Part shown: in pieces, positions 1 through 7,806 of the stretch
Position numbering within the stretch: position 1 is the first letter of the stretch
Layout: each line of letters starts with the position of its first letter
From: Eubacteriales bacterium
GTDB lineage: Bacteria > Bacillota > Clostridia > Oscillospirales > CAG-272
Assembly (NCBI GenBank): GCA_045122995.1
Contig: JBGVIG010000448.1
Coordinates: 1-32,582, forward strand
Direction: 5' to 3'
DNA: 32,582 bases
Notes under the pieces: model-generated
The model's input: the letters and a program-made list of their open reading frames with translations, nothing else
Database searches by the model: none
What the model was told of the DNA's origin: nothing
Made by a program: the position numbers and the translations under genes

Positions 1-78
1 GAAATGGCTTGCGCTGTTCACGGCACAGACGCTGACGAACTCGTAAAGAAGCTCAATGAGCATTTTGCAAACAAATAA
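1..78 (+). CDS. 3' end of an unidentified CDS (…EMACAVHGTDADELVKKLNEHFANK*)
   Basis: Frame 1 is open from the window edge to TAA at 76-78. Too short to assign a family. Confidence 0.45.
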   Translation, partial: EMACAVHGTDADELVKKLNEHFANK

Positions 79-89
79 GAACCTCGTCT

Positions 90-115
90 GTCCCTTTGCC
101 CCAAAGCAAAGGGAC
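90..115 (+). terminator. 10-bp stem-loop after the partial CDS (possible terminator, weak T-tract)
   Basis: GTCCCTTTGC (90-99) pairs with GCAAAGGGAC (106-115), loop CCCAAA. No clean U-tract follows. Confidence 0.3.
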
Positions 116-171
116 AATCTGTATACAGCAAATAAAAATTCAACATTAGATCATTATAAGGAGGTACGCTT

Positions 172-861
172 ATGAAGCGAAAACTTGATGACCGTCTGCT
201 TGCGGTCGCGGGCTGTGTCAGCGAAGGTGCTTATCTTGCCGATATCGGCACAGACCACGCATATCTGCCCATCTATCTTATGGAAGAAGGAAAAATCATA
301 GGCGCTGTTGCTTCCGATATTCATAAAGGTCCCTTGGAACGCGCCGACATCAACATACGCGAAGCTTCTCTTTCAAACAAGATCGCAACAAAGCTCACAG
401 ACGGGCTTCGCGGCATTGAAGATTATCCCGTCACGGACGTTGCCATCGCCGGCATGGGCGGCATGATGATCGCAGGGATCCTCGAAGCGGCACCGTTTGT
501 AAAAGAACGCGGCACAAAGCTCATTCTTCAGCCGATGCAGCACATTCCCGAATTGCGTGAATATCTCGCAAAAAACGGCTATTCCGTGACAAAAGAAACC
601 GGTGCGATCGCTGACGGCAAGATCTATCAGATCATCTGTGTCGTCTACACCGGGAAAACAGAAACCTACACAGAAACCGAGCTTCTCCTCGGTAAATATA
701 ACATCACGCACAAAGCAGAAAACGCAGACTTTTTCCGCGCGCTCTGCAATCGCCATCTCGATATGCTGGCAGATAAGATCCGCGGCATGGAAAAAGGCGG
801 CTGTGACGCATCACACGAGAAGGCCCTTTGGGACGCGATCAAAAAGGAAAGTGAGTTTTAA
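172..861 (+). CDS. trmK: tRNA (adenine22-N1)-methyltransferase TrmK
   Basis: 229-aa ORF with RBS AAGGAGG 7 nt upstream. The N-terminal LADIGTDHAYLPIYL and AIAGMGG motifs are typical of the TrmK/YqfN (DUF633) family. A Nif3-family gene follows, as in Bacillus yqfN-yqfO. Confidence 0.85.
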   Translation: MKRKLDDRLLAVAGCVSEGAYLADIGTDHAYLPIYLMEEGKIIGAVASDIHKGPLERADINIREASLSNKIATKLTDGLRGIEDYPVTDVAIAGMGGMMIAGILEAAPFVKERGTKLILQPMQHIPELREYLAKNGYSVTKETGAIADGKIYQIICVVYTGKTETYTETELLLGKYNITHKAENADFFRALCNRHLDMLADKIRGMEKGGCDASHEKALWDAIKKESEF

Positions 862-929
862 CCCACTTTCTTCTTTATCAAAATTTCAGAAAAAAGAAAA
901 TCCAATTTTATAAAAAAGGAGGTTCCCTC

Positions 930-1694
930 ATGGCAACCGTTATCGAAATCTACGAAACACTCGACGAACTTCTTCCCCGTTCGCTCTCTCTTTCTTGGGA
1001 TAACGACGGACTGATGGTTTGTCCCGATCCTGATCAGGAAGTTGGCACCATTCTTTTCGCACTCGACATCACCGATTCCGTTGTGGAATATGCAAAAGAG
1101 ATCGGCGCAGAGCTCATCATTTCTCATCACCCCCTCATTTTTTACGGCATCAAGCACATGGACGGCAAGGACGCAACCTCCCGCAAAGTGATTGAGCTCA
1201 TCAAAAACGGCATTGCCGCAATGAGCTTCCACACGCGTCTTGATGCGGCAGAAGGCGGCATCAACGATCAGCTCGCTGAAATTTTTGAGCTTTCCGACGT
1301 GGAAGCCTTTGGCGTAGAAGGTGATACCACCGCAAGAGTCGGCAATCTTCCCGAAGAGCTTTCTTTTGAAGATTTTTGTGAGCTCGTCAAAGAGCTTCTC
1401 GATGCTCCTGTCATCACAGCGGCAAAAGCTTCTGACACCGTGTCCCGTCTGGCACTTCTCGGCGGCGGCGGCAAAGATTATATCTACGCAGCAAAAGAAA
1501 CAGGCGCTGATGCTTATCTCACGGGCGAGGCGAGCTACAACGCGATCCTCGACGGTGGCGAAAACGGCATTTCCGTCATCGCCGCAGGTCACTACCATAC
1601 AGAGTGGTGCTTCCGCGAATACTTCAAAAAAGTCCTTGGCGATGAATTTGAATACGTGGATTTCCCGCTCGGATATGAACTTTATCACGCCTAA
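930..1694 (+). CDS. Nif3-family dinuclear metal-centre protein (YqfO/YbgI-like)
   Basis: 254-aa ORF with RBS AAGGAGG. SHHPLIF and GHYHTE motifs and its position after trmK fit the Nif3 family. Confidence 0.85.
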   Translation: MATVIEIYETLDELLPRSLSLSWDNDGLMVCPDPDQEVGTILFALDITDSVVEYAKEIGAELIISHHPLIFYGIKHMDGKDATSRKVIELIKNGIAAMSFHTRLDAAEGGINDQLAEIFELSDVEAFGVEGDTTARVGNLPEELSFEDFCELVKELLDAPVITAAKASDTVSRLALLGGGGKDYIYAAKETGADAYLTGEASYNAILDGGENGISVIAAGHYHTEWCFREYFKKVLGDEFEYVDFPLGYELYHA

Positions 1695-1718
1695 AACAAA
1701 CTTCTCACCGTATTATTC

Positions 1719-1747
1719 TTGACAAAATCTGCACTTTGGTGCATAAT
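1719..1747 (+). promoter_or_regulatory. sigma-A type promoter for the Cys-rich ORF
   Basis: TTGACA (1719-1724), 17-nt spacer, CATAAT (1742-1747). Confidence 0.55.
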
Positions 1748-1791
1748 TATTATGTAGAAGTACGGATTTCATAAACAAAGGAATGTTTCCC

Positions 1792-2454
1792 ATGATTTTA
1801 CAACCTAAAGATACAACGCTCGCTTACCGTTGCCCTGAATGCGGCAGCACTGTTTTCAGTGTGGTCGGCGCGCTTGCCCTCTCGGGCGATATTATCAAAC
1901 TCAAATGCAGCTGCGGCGGCTCGGAGCTGATCCTTGAAAACATCGAGGACGACAAGATCCGTCTCACCGTTCCTTGCGTGTTCTGCCCCACTCCCCATCG
2001 CTATGTCGTTTCCCGTAAAGTCCTCACAGGACGTGAGCTTTTCACATTCCCTTGTGCATACTCGGGTGTCGATATTCTTTTCGTTGGCTCCAAGGGTTCC
2101 GTCATGAAAGCGGTCGAGATCTCCGATAAAGAAATCGCAGAGCTGATCGACGAAACTGAGCTTTCGGGCGTAAGAAATGCCAACGAAGGCGATAATCTTT
2201 ACGGCGACGAGCATATCCGCGACATGATCCTTTTCGTGCTGGGTGATCTTGCCGAAGAAAAAGCGATTTATTGCGATTGTGAAGACGGCGGCGATTTTCT
2301 CGTGGAGCAAACACGCGATAGCGTCGTGATCTCCTGCAAAACATGCGGCTGCAAAAAAGAATTTTCCTGTGCCGGCACCAGCATTGAAGCGCAAGCGCTT
2401 TTTGATGCCGCAAAGCTTTATCTCAGAAAACCGTCAGACGAAACGTCTGATTAA
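1792..2454 (+). CDS. Hypothetical Cys-rich protein (several CxxC/CxC zinc-ribbon-like motifs)
   Basis: The ORF opens at 1783, but AAAGGA lies 9 nt before the ATG at 1792. Motifs present: CPECG, CSCGG, CVFCP, CDC, CKTCGC. No family recognised. Confidence 0.7.
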   Translation: MILQPKDTTLAYRCPECGSTVFSVVGALALSGDIIKLKCSCGGSELILENIEDDKIRLTVPCVFCPTPHRYVVSRKVLTGRELFTFPCAYSGVDILFVGSKGSVMKAVEISDKEIAELIDETELSGVRNANEGDNLYGDEHIRDMILFVLGDLAEEKAIYCDCEDGGDFLVEQTRDSVVISCKTCGCKKEFSCAGTSIEAQALFDAAKLYLRKPSDETSD

Positions 2455-2495
2455 AAAAGAAAATTAAAAATAATTTATTTTGGAGGATATTACCA

Positions 2496-3518
2496 ATGAG
2501 CAAAATTGTATGTTTTGGCGAACTGATGCTCCGACTCAATCCTGCAGGTTATTTGCGCTTTGAGCAGGCAAACCATTTTGAAGCAAGCTTCGGCGGCGGC
2601 GAAGCAAACGTAGCCGTTTCCCTTGCACACTTCGGTATGGACGCTGCATTCGTTTCCAAATTCCCCAAGCACTCCATCGGTGACATGGCGATCCGTTCTC
2701 TCCGTGTAGAAGACGTTAAAACCGATAAGATCGTTCGCGGCGGCGAAAGAATGGGTATCTACTATCTCGAAAAAGGCGCTTCTCAGCGTCCTTCCAAGGT
2801 TATTTATGACCGCGCATATTCTTCCATCGCTATGGCAGAACGTGCTGACTTCGATTGGAACTCCATTCTCGACGGTGCTGAATGGTTCCACTTCACAGGT
2901 ATCACTCCCGCGCTCAGCGATGCTGTTGCTGAAATCACTCTCGATGCGCTCAAAGTCTGCAAAGAAAAAGGCATCAAAGTAAGCTGCGACCTCAACTTCC
3001 GCAAGAAACTCTGGTCCAGCGAAAAAGCAGGCAAAGTAATGGGTGAGCTTTGCAAATACGTTGACGTTTGCATCGCAAACGAAGAAGATGCTGAAAAAGT
3101 ATTCGGCATTAAACCCGACCACAACGACGTTGAAGGCGGAAAACTCAACCGCGAAGGCTACATCGACGTAGCAAAGAAACTTTCCGAACGCTTCGGCTTC
3201 GAAAAGGTTGCGATCACACTTCGTGAAAGCATCTCTGCAAATGACAATAACTGGGCAGCAATGCTCTATGCTGACGGCGAAGCATACTTCTCCAAGAAAT
3301 ATGCTGTTCACATCGTTGACCGTGTAGGCGGCGGTGACTCTTTCGGCGCAGGTCTTATCTACGGTCTTATGAACGGTTATGACAGCCAGAAGACCATCGA
3401 ATTTGCTGTTGCAGCTTCCTGTCTCAAGCACTCCATCGAAACCGACTTCAACTACGTTTCCGTAGACGAAGTTTCCACTCTCATGAAGGGTGACGGTTCC
3501 GGCCGTGTTCAGAGATAA
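2496..3518 (+). CDS. kdgK: 2-dehydro-3-deoxygluconokinase (PfkB family)
   Basis: 340 aa with RBS GGAGG. Strong resemblance to Thermotoga/Clostridia KdgK: FGELMLRLNP, GGGEANVAVSLA, GIYYLEKGASQRPSKVIYDR, SCDLNFRKKLW, and a GGGDSF anion hole. Confidence 0.85.
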   Translation: MSKIVCFGELMLRLNPAGYLRFEQANHFEASFGGGEANVAVSLAHFGMDAAFVSKFPKHSIGDMAIRSLRVEDVKTDKIVRGGERMGIYYLEKGASQRPSKVIYDRAYSSIAMAERADFDWNSILDGAEWFHFTGITPALSDAVAEITLDALKVCKEKGIKVSCDLNFRKKLWSSEKAGKVMGELCKYVDVCIANEEDAEKVFGIKPDHNDVEGGKLNREGYIDVAKKLSERFGFEKVAITLRESISANDNNWAAMLYADGEAYFSKKYAVHIVDRVGGGDSFGAGLIYGLMNGYDSQKTIEFAVAASCLKHSIETDFNYVSVDEVSTLMKGDGSGRVQR

Positions 3519-3535
3519 TCATCTGACCAAATGAC

Positions 3536-3569
3536 AAAAACCACGGGAATATCCCGTGGTTTTCTTTTT
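3536..3569 (+). terminator. Rho-independent terminator of kdgK
   Basis: CCACGGGA (3541-3548) pairs with TCCCGTGG (3552-3559). It is preceded by an A-run and followed by TTTTCTTTTT. Confidence 0.8.
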
Positions 3570-3670
3570 GTGACTCCGCCCCAAATCTCGCAAAAGGGAC
3601 AAGTCACTTTTGAATCCCCCCCAAGACAGAACCGAATAGCTGTAATCCAAAAAACAAATAATCATATCCT

Positions 3671-3764
3671 TCCCTTTCATTGGGATCCCCAAGGGATAAG
3701 TCCCTTGGGCAGGTGCAGGGCAGAGCCTTGCAAAAACAAAAAGAGCGGAAAACCGCTCTTTTCT
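3671..3764 (+). repeat. GC-hairpin intergenic repeat, copy A, fused to the ktrA bidirectional terminator
   Basis: CATTGGGATCCCC, then hairpin CCCAAGGGA-TAAG-TCCCTTGGG (3688-3709), hairpin GCAGGG-CAGAG-CCTTGC (3715-3731), A-tract, and terminator AGAGCGG-AAAA-CCGCTCT (3742-3759). Homologous copies occur at 10925-10994, 11104-11170, 18560-18660 and 28565-28665. Confidence 0.8.
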
Positions 3765-4493
3765 TTATTTTTCTTTTTTCTTTGCTTTTTGAGCAGCACG
3801 CTCCGCGGCTTCCTGTTCTTCCCGAAGCTCTGCTTTTTCCTTTTCGTAAGTATTGGTAATATGAAAAACATCTTCCGCTTTACCGAGAATAAAAATGTGA
3901 TCGCCATTTCCAAAACGATAATCCGCACCGGGAAGAGGACGCATCTCGCCACCAGTTTTGACGGAGATAATGTTGACACGATAGTTATTACGAATATTCA
4001 GTTCCGAGATCGTTTTTCCCTCCCATGCCATCAGCGCAGGAACCTCATAAATAGAATACTCTTTCGTTAGCTCAATATAGTCAAACACGTTGTTTGCATT
4101 ATAACGAATCGCCAAATTTTCCGCCATTTCTTTTTCGGGATAAATGACCTCGTCTGCGCCGATCTTCAACAAAAGATTCGCTTGAATATCACGTTTTGCT
4201 TTTGCCACGACGTATTTTGCATTCAATTCCTTAAGCAGCGCCGTAATAACAAGCGAAGATTGAAAATCCGCACCGATACAAACAAAACAAATGTCAAAAT
4301 GATGCACACCAAGTGAACGCAAGACACTTTCATTGGTGCAATCTGCAATCTGTGAATCTGTAAATGACATCGAATAGCGTTCAATGATGCTGACATCTTT
4401 ATCAACGATCATAACGTCGTTGCCCAAATCAAGCATCTTTTTTGCAAGATGTCTGCCAAATCTTCCAAGACCGATTACAAGTATGGATTTCAT
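3765..4493 (-). CDS. ktrA: K+ uptake system NAD-binding subunit (KtrA/TrkA, RCK domains)
   Basis: 242 aa. N-terminal Rossmann motif VIGLGRFGRHLAKKM followed by a TrkA-C region. It lies immediately downstream of the TrkH/KtrB gene. It carries an extra ~30-aa E/K/A-rich C-terminal tail. Confidence 0.85.
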   Translation of the reverse strand: MKSILVIGLGRFGRHLAKKMLDLGNDVMIVDKDVSIIERYSMSFTDSQIADCTNESVLRSLGVHHFDICFVCIGADFQSSLVITALLKELNAKYVVAKAKRDIQANLLLKIGADEVIYPEKEMAENLAIRYNANNVFDYIELTKEYSIYEVPALMAWEGKTISELNIRNNYRVNIISVKTGGEMRPLPGADYRFGNGDHIFILGKAEDVFHITNTYEKEKAELREEQEAAERAAQKAKKKEK

Positions 4494-4531
4494 ATCTATA
4501 TACCCTCTTTAAATATCTCTTTCTCAAAAAA

Positions 4532-5917
4532 TTAACCGACAAGAACCTTTTCTCTGGGGCGCCTGATATCAGGTACGACGCTTTCTGTAGAAAATGCAAG
4601 CGCAAACGTCAATCCTCCAACACGACCCACAAACATTAGAAGCATTAAAATAACGCGGGAAAAACCCGACAACGAAGGCGTAAGTCCCATGGTGATACCA
4701 ACCGTGCCGATCGCAGAGCTGACTTCAAAAAGAACGTACTCCAGATCCACAGGTTCCACCGCTACGATCACTGTCGACACAACGATCGTAAGGAGCATAT
4801 AGATACCCGTAATCGCCGCCGCTTGCTTAACCGTTTCATCGTCAATGCGCTTTTTGAAGATCTCGATGCCTTCTCGATTGCGAATACTTGCCGCAACATT
4901 GAGCATAACGATCAAGATCGTAGTGGTTTTCATACCGCCCGCCGTGGAACCGGGGCTGCCGCCGATCAGCATTAAAATCACGGAAAGCATACTGCCACCA
5001 TCGGAAAGCGCCGCTTGGTCAACGGTATTGAACCCTGCCGTGCGCGTCGTCACCGATTGAAAAAACGATGCCAAAATCTGTTCACCGAGCGAAAAATCCT
5101 TCATGGAATCATTTCTTTCCAAAATGAAAAAACCAAGTGCGCCGGCAAGGATCAAAAATACTGTCATCACCAAAACGATCTTTGTGTGCAAAGTATATTT
5201 TTTGAAGCGAAGCTTGCATTTTAAGATATCTGACCAGACAAAAAAACCGACGCCGCCAATCACGATAAGCATCATGATCACAATCTGCACCATGGGATCG
5301 TCACGGAAAGTTGTCAAAGAGGAATACTGACCATATTTCCCCATAAGGTCAAAGCCTGCATTACAAAAAGCGGAAACGGAATGAAAGACCGCATTATAAA
5401 GACCTTCCCAAAAACCCATGCGTGGAATAAAACGAACGGCAAGAAAAATAGCGCCTGCCCCCTCAAAAATGGCCGTGCCGAGCAGGATCTTTTGAATCAA
5501 AGACATAACGCCATCGAGCTGATAGTTCCCCGAAGACTGCATCAGAAGCTTTCTTTGGTGGAGCGTGATGCGACGATGCGTGACAATGGCGAAAAGTGTC
5601 ATAATGATCATAAAGCCCAGACCGCCGATCTGAATCAAAAGGAGAATGATAAATTGCCCGAATAGACTCCAGTGCGTATAAGTATCCACCACAACAAGAC
5701 CCGTAATACAAGTTGCACTCGTCGCCGTAAAAAGTGCATCAAAAGGGTGTGTCCATTCCCGTGTCACAGAAGAAATCGGCAAGCACAAAATAAGTGCACC
5801 CACAATAATCACGCCGAGAAAACTCAGCACGATAAGCTGTGTATAGCCCAGTTTTCGTTTCTTTATCTTCAAGACCTTTCCCCCCCATACGACCGTTCGA
5901 TTTGCATTTTTTGCCAT
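4532..5917 (-). CDS. ktrB: K+ transporter membrane subunit (TrkH/KtrB family)
   Basis: 461-aa polytopic membrane protein with repeated pore-loop motifs (TAGFN, GGSPGSTAGG) typical of TrkH/KtrB. The start is uncertain: ATG at 5917 or an internal TTG about 15 codons in. Confidence 0.85.
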   Translation of the reverse strand: MAKNANRTVVWGGKVLKIKKRKLGYTQLIVLSFLGVIIVGALILCLPISSVTREWTHPFDALFTATSATCITGLVVVDTYTHWSLFGQFIILLLIQIGGLGFMIIMTLFAIVTHRRITLHQRKLLMQSSGNYQLDGVMSLIQKILLGTAIFEGAGAIFLAVRFIPRMGFWEGLYNAVFHSVSAFCNAGFDLMGKYGQYSSLTTFRDDPMVQIVIMMLIVIGGVGFFVWSDILKCKLRFKKYTLHTKIVLVMTVFLILAGALGFFILERNDSMKDFSLGEQILASFFQSVTTRTAGFNTVDQAALSDGGSMLSVILMLIGGSPGSTAGGMKTTTILIVMLNVAASIRNREGIEIFKKRIDDETVKQAAAITGIYMLLTIVVSTVIVAVEPVDLEYVLFEVSSAIGTVGITMGLTPSLSGFSRVILMLLMFVGRVGGLTFALAFSTESVVPDIRRPREKVLVG

Positions 5918-5925
5918 TCTCCTTT

Positions 5926-5954
5926 ATTATATCACCAATACGCCCACTTGTCAA
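5926..5954 (-). promoter_or_regulatory. sigma-A promoter for ktrBA
   Basis: On the minus strand: TTGACA (5954-5949), 17 nt, TATAAT (5931-5926). The -10 ends only 8 nt before the ATG at 5917. Confidence 0.55.
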
Positions 5955-5965
5955 GGAGTGGAAGA

Positions 5966-5994
5966 TTGACAACCACCCTTGATTCGGGTATAAT
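5966..5994 (+). promoter_or_regulatory. sigma-A promoter for the small Cys-protein gene
   Basis: TTGACA (5966-5971), 17 nt, TATAAT (5989-5994). It sits back-to-back with the ktrB promoter. Confidence 0.55.
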
Positions 5995-6039
5995 AATAAA
6001 CAAGATTCCGCGAGGATTTTTCAAAAAGGAGATATCTTG

Positions 6040-6237
6040 ATGAACAAGACTGCTAAAAAAAGAGTTTCCAACTGTGAAACGTGTATGTATTACGATTACG
6101 ACGTAGATTACGATGCCTATATCTGCACGGCAAACCTCGACGAAGACGACCTGGAGCGCTTTGTGAAAGGTGCGAACAGCTATTGTCCCTACTATCGCTT
6201 CTACGATGAATACAAGAGCGTGCAGAAGCAGAATTGA
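6040..6237 (+). CDS. Small (65 aa) acidic, Cys/Tyr-rich hypothetical protein
   Basis: RBS AAAGGAG lies 8 nt before the ATG at 6040 (the ORF track starts at TTG 6037). Contains CxxC and a later CPYY motif. No family name assigned with certainty. Confidence 0.6.
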   Translation: MNKTAKKRVSNCETCMYYDYDVDYDAYICTANLDEDDLERFVKGANSYCPYYRFYDEYKSVQKQN

Positions 6238-6248
6238 TCGACAGCGCC

Positions 6249-6277
6249 TTGACAAACAGAGGATTTTGTGATATACT
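6249..6277 (+). promoter_or_regulatory. Near-consensus extended -10 promoter
   Basis: TTGACA (6249-6254), 17 nt, TGA-TATACT (-10 at 6272-6277). Confidence 0.65.
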
Positions 6278-6313
6278 GTATTATAGATTTTGTTAAAGGA
6301 AGGTGAACTTGAA

Positions 6314-6379
6314 ATGGACGACAGTGGCGATAGTACAGATAATACTTGCTTTTGTCTTGCATTTCATTTGATTTCATAA
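6314..6379 (+). CDS. Candidate 21-aa sORF/leader peptide MDDSGDSTDNTCFCLAFHLIS
   Basis: RBS AAAGGAAGGTG about 8 nt upstream. It sits between the strong promoter (6249-6277) and the strong terminator (6387-6435). Coding status is unproven. Confidence 0.35.
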   Translation: MDDSGDSTDNTCFCLAFHLIS

Positions 6380-6386
6380 AACATTT

Positions 6387-6435
6387 CGACCGTAAGTCTA
6401 TGGTTTTTCCATAGGCTCGGTCGTTTTTTCGTTTT
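6387..6435 (+). terminator. Rho-independent terminator/attenuator upstream of the CNNM gene
   Basis: Long hairpin: CGACCG (6387-6392) pairs with CGGTCG (6418-6423), with an inner stem AGTCTATGG/CCATAGGCT. TTTTTTCGTTTTT follows. Confidence 0.75.
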
Positions 6436-6488
6436 TATATAAAAATCAAATGAACAAAACATTATTTTAAGAAAGAAAGGTTATTATC

Positions 6489-7790
6489 ATGTTTGGTGCA
6501 ATTCTTTTGCAAGTTATTCTCATTTTCTTAAACGCGATCTTCGCAAGTGCGGAAATCGCTGTCATCTCCACAAACGAAGCAAAACTCGAAAAGCTTTCCG
6601 AGGAAGGAAACAAAAAAGCACGCACTCTCCTCAAATTAAAAGGAAACTCTTCGAAATTTCTCTCCACCATTCAGGTTGCCATCACCCTTGCAGGTTTTCT
6701 CGGCAGTGCGTATGCCGCAGATAACTTTGCCACCCCTCTTGTGGGACTTCTCCTTGCGCTTGGCGTAAAACTCCCCGTGGAAGCGCTCACCTCCATTTGC
6801 GTATTTGCCATTACGCTCATTCTCTCGTATTTCAGCATCGTTTTCGGTGAACTTGTTCCCAAAAAGATCGCCATGAAGCATTCCGAAAAAATGGCTCTGA
6901 TGCTTGCAGGACTTTTGCTTTTTGTTTCCCGTGCATTCGCTCCCTTTGTCTGGATCCTCACCAAGTCTACGAACGCCACGCTTCGTCTTTTCCGCATCAA
7001 CCCTGATGACGAGGAAGAAGAAGTAACCGAAGAAGATATTCGTATGATGCTCGATTCCGGCAGTGAACAAGGCACCATTGACAGCATGGAAAATGAAATG
7101 ATCAAAAACATTTTTGAATTTGACGATATTTCTGTCGGTGAAGCTTGCACACACCGCCGTGATGTGCTGTTTCTTCATAAAGAAGACGGTATCGAAGAAT
7201 GGAAAAAAGCGATCAGTGAAACTCGTCACAAATATTATCCCATTTGCGATGAAAATGCAGACAACATCATCGCCGTCCTGGACGCAGGAAAATTCTTCCG
7301 TGAATCATTTGCTAACGCAGAATGTGCCATCTGCGAAGCTTCTGACAAGCCCTATTTCGTCCCTGAAGCAATGAAAGCTGACGTGCTTTTCAGCAATATG
7401 AAAAAAACACGCAATCACTTTGCCGTTGTTATCGACGAATACGGCGGTACCAGCGGTGTCATCACCATGCATGACTTATTGGAGCTTCTCGTAGGCGACA
7501 TCAGCGCCAAAGATGATACCGTAAGCATCACAGAAATCGAAAAGCTCAATGACACACAGTATCGTGTCGCAGGAACTGCCTCTCTTGACGCCGTTTGCGA
7601 TAAGCTGGGCATTCACATCGAATCCGAAGACGTCGACACTTTCGGCGGTTACGTCATCTCTCTTCTCGGCTTCATTCCTGAGGACGGAACCACACACGAG
7701 CTGGAAACCGAGGAGCTTCACATTCAAGTGGAACCCGTGGACGATCACCGTGTTGTATTCACAAAAGTCACGATTAAGGAAAAAGAGTAA
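6489..7790 (+). CDS. CNNM/CorC/TlyC-family transporter (DUF21 + CBS pair + CorC_HlyC)
   Basis: 433 aa. The N-terminal DUF21 signature LNAIFASAEIAVIS is followed by a central CBS region and a C-terminal transporter-associated domain. Confidence 0.85.
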   Translation: MFGAILLQVILIFLNAIFASAEIAVISTNEAKLEKLSEEGNKKARTLLKLKGNSSKFLSTIQVAITLAGFLGSAYAADNFATPLVGLLLALGVKLPVEALTSICVFAITLILSYFSIVFGELVPKKIAMKHSEKMALMLAGLLLFVSRAFAPFVWILTKSTNATLRLFRINPDDEEEEVTEEDIRMMLDSGSEQGTIDSMENEMIKNIFEFDDISVGEACTHRRDVLFLHKEDGIEEWKKAISETRHKYYPICDENADNIIAVLDAGKFFRESFANAECAICEASDKPYFVPEAMKADVLFSNMKKTRNHFAVVIDEYGGTSGVITMHDLLELLVGDISAKDDTVSITEIEKLNDTQYRVAGTASLDAVCDKLGIHIESEDVDTFGGYVISLLGFIPEDGTTHELETEELHIQVEPVDDHRVVFTKVTIKEKE

Positions 7791-7806
7791 TTTCTAACGA
7801 TACATA

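Noticed and set aside
3671-3764. The repeats as MITEs or IS remnants.
   Set aside because: I could see no terminal inverted repeats flanked by target-site duplications, and no transposase fragment in the window. The copies are modular and variable, with hairpin types swapped, which is more REP/BIME-like. A link to a RAYT-type enzyme encoded elsewhere in the genome cannot be excluded.
3531-4070. ORFs reading through the GC-hairpin repeats give similar peptides at three loci: FHWDPQGISPLG (3531-4070), IHWDPPEISPLG (17481-19169) and LHRDPQGGSPLG (28501-28734).
   Set aside because: There is no RBS or plausible start. The ORFs run into antisense of neighbouring genes. Copy B1 has an in-frame stop in the equivalent frame. 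Variation between copies preserves base-pairing rather than amino acids. The similarity is at the nucleotide and structure level.
5918-6036. Expected c-di-AMP (ydaO/kimA-type) riboswitch upstream of the K+ uptake genes.
   Set aside because: The consensus promoter's -10 ends 8 nt from the ktrB ATG. The whole intergenic region is 119 bp and holds two promoters, so there is no space for a ~130-nt aptamer.
6278-6435. M-box (Mg2+) or another known metal riboswitch upstream of the CNNM/CorC gene.
   Set aside because: Only a vague GUUAAAGGAAGGUGA resemblance to the M-box 5' segment. I cannot trace the conserved multi-helix core by eye. The region is kept as an open question in the findings, pending cmscan.
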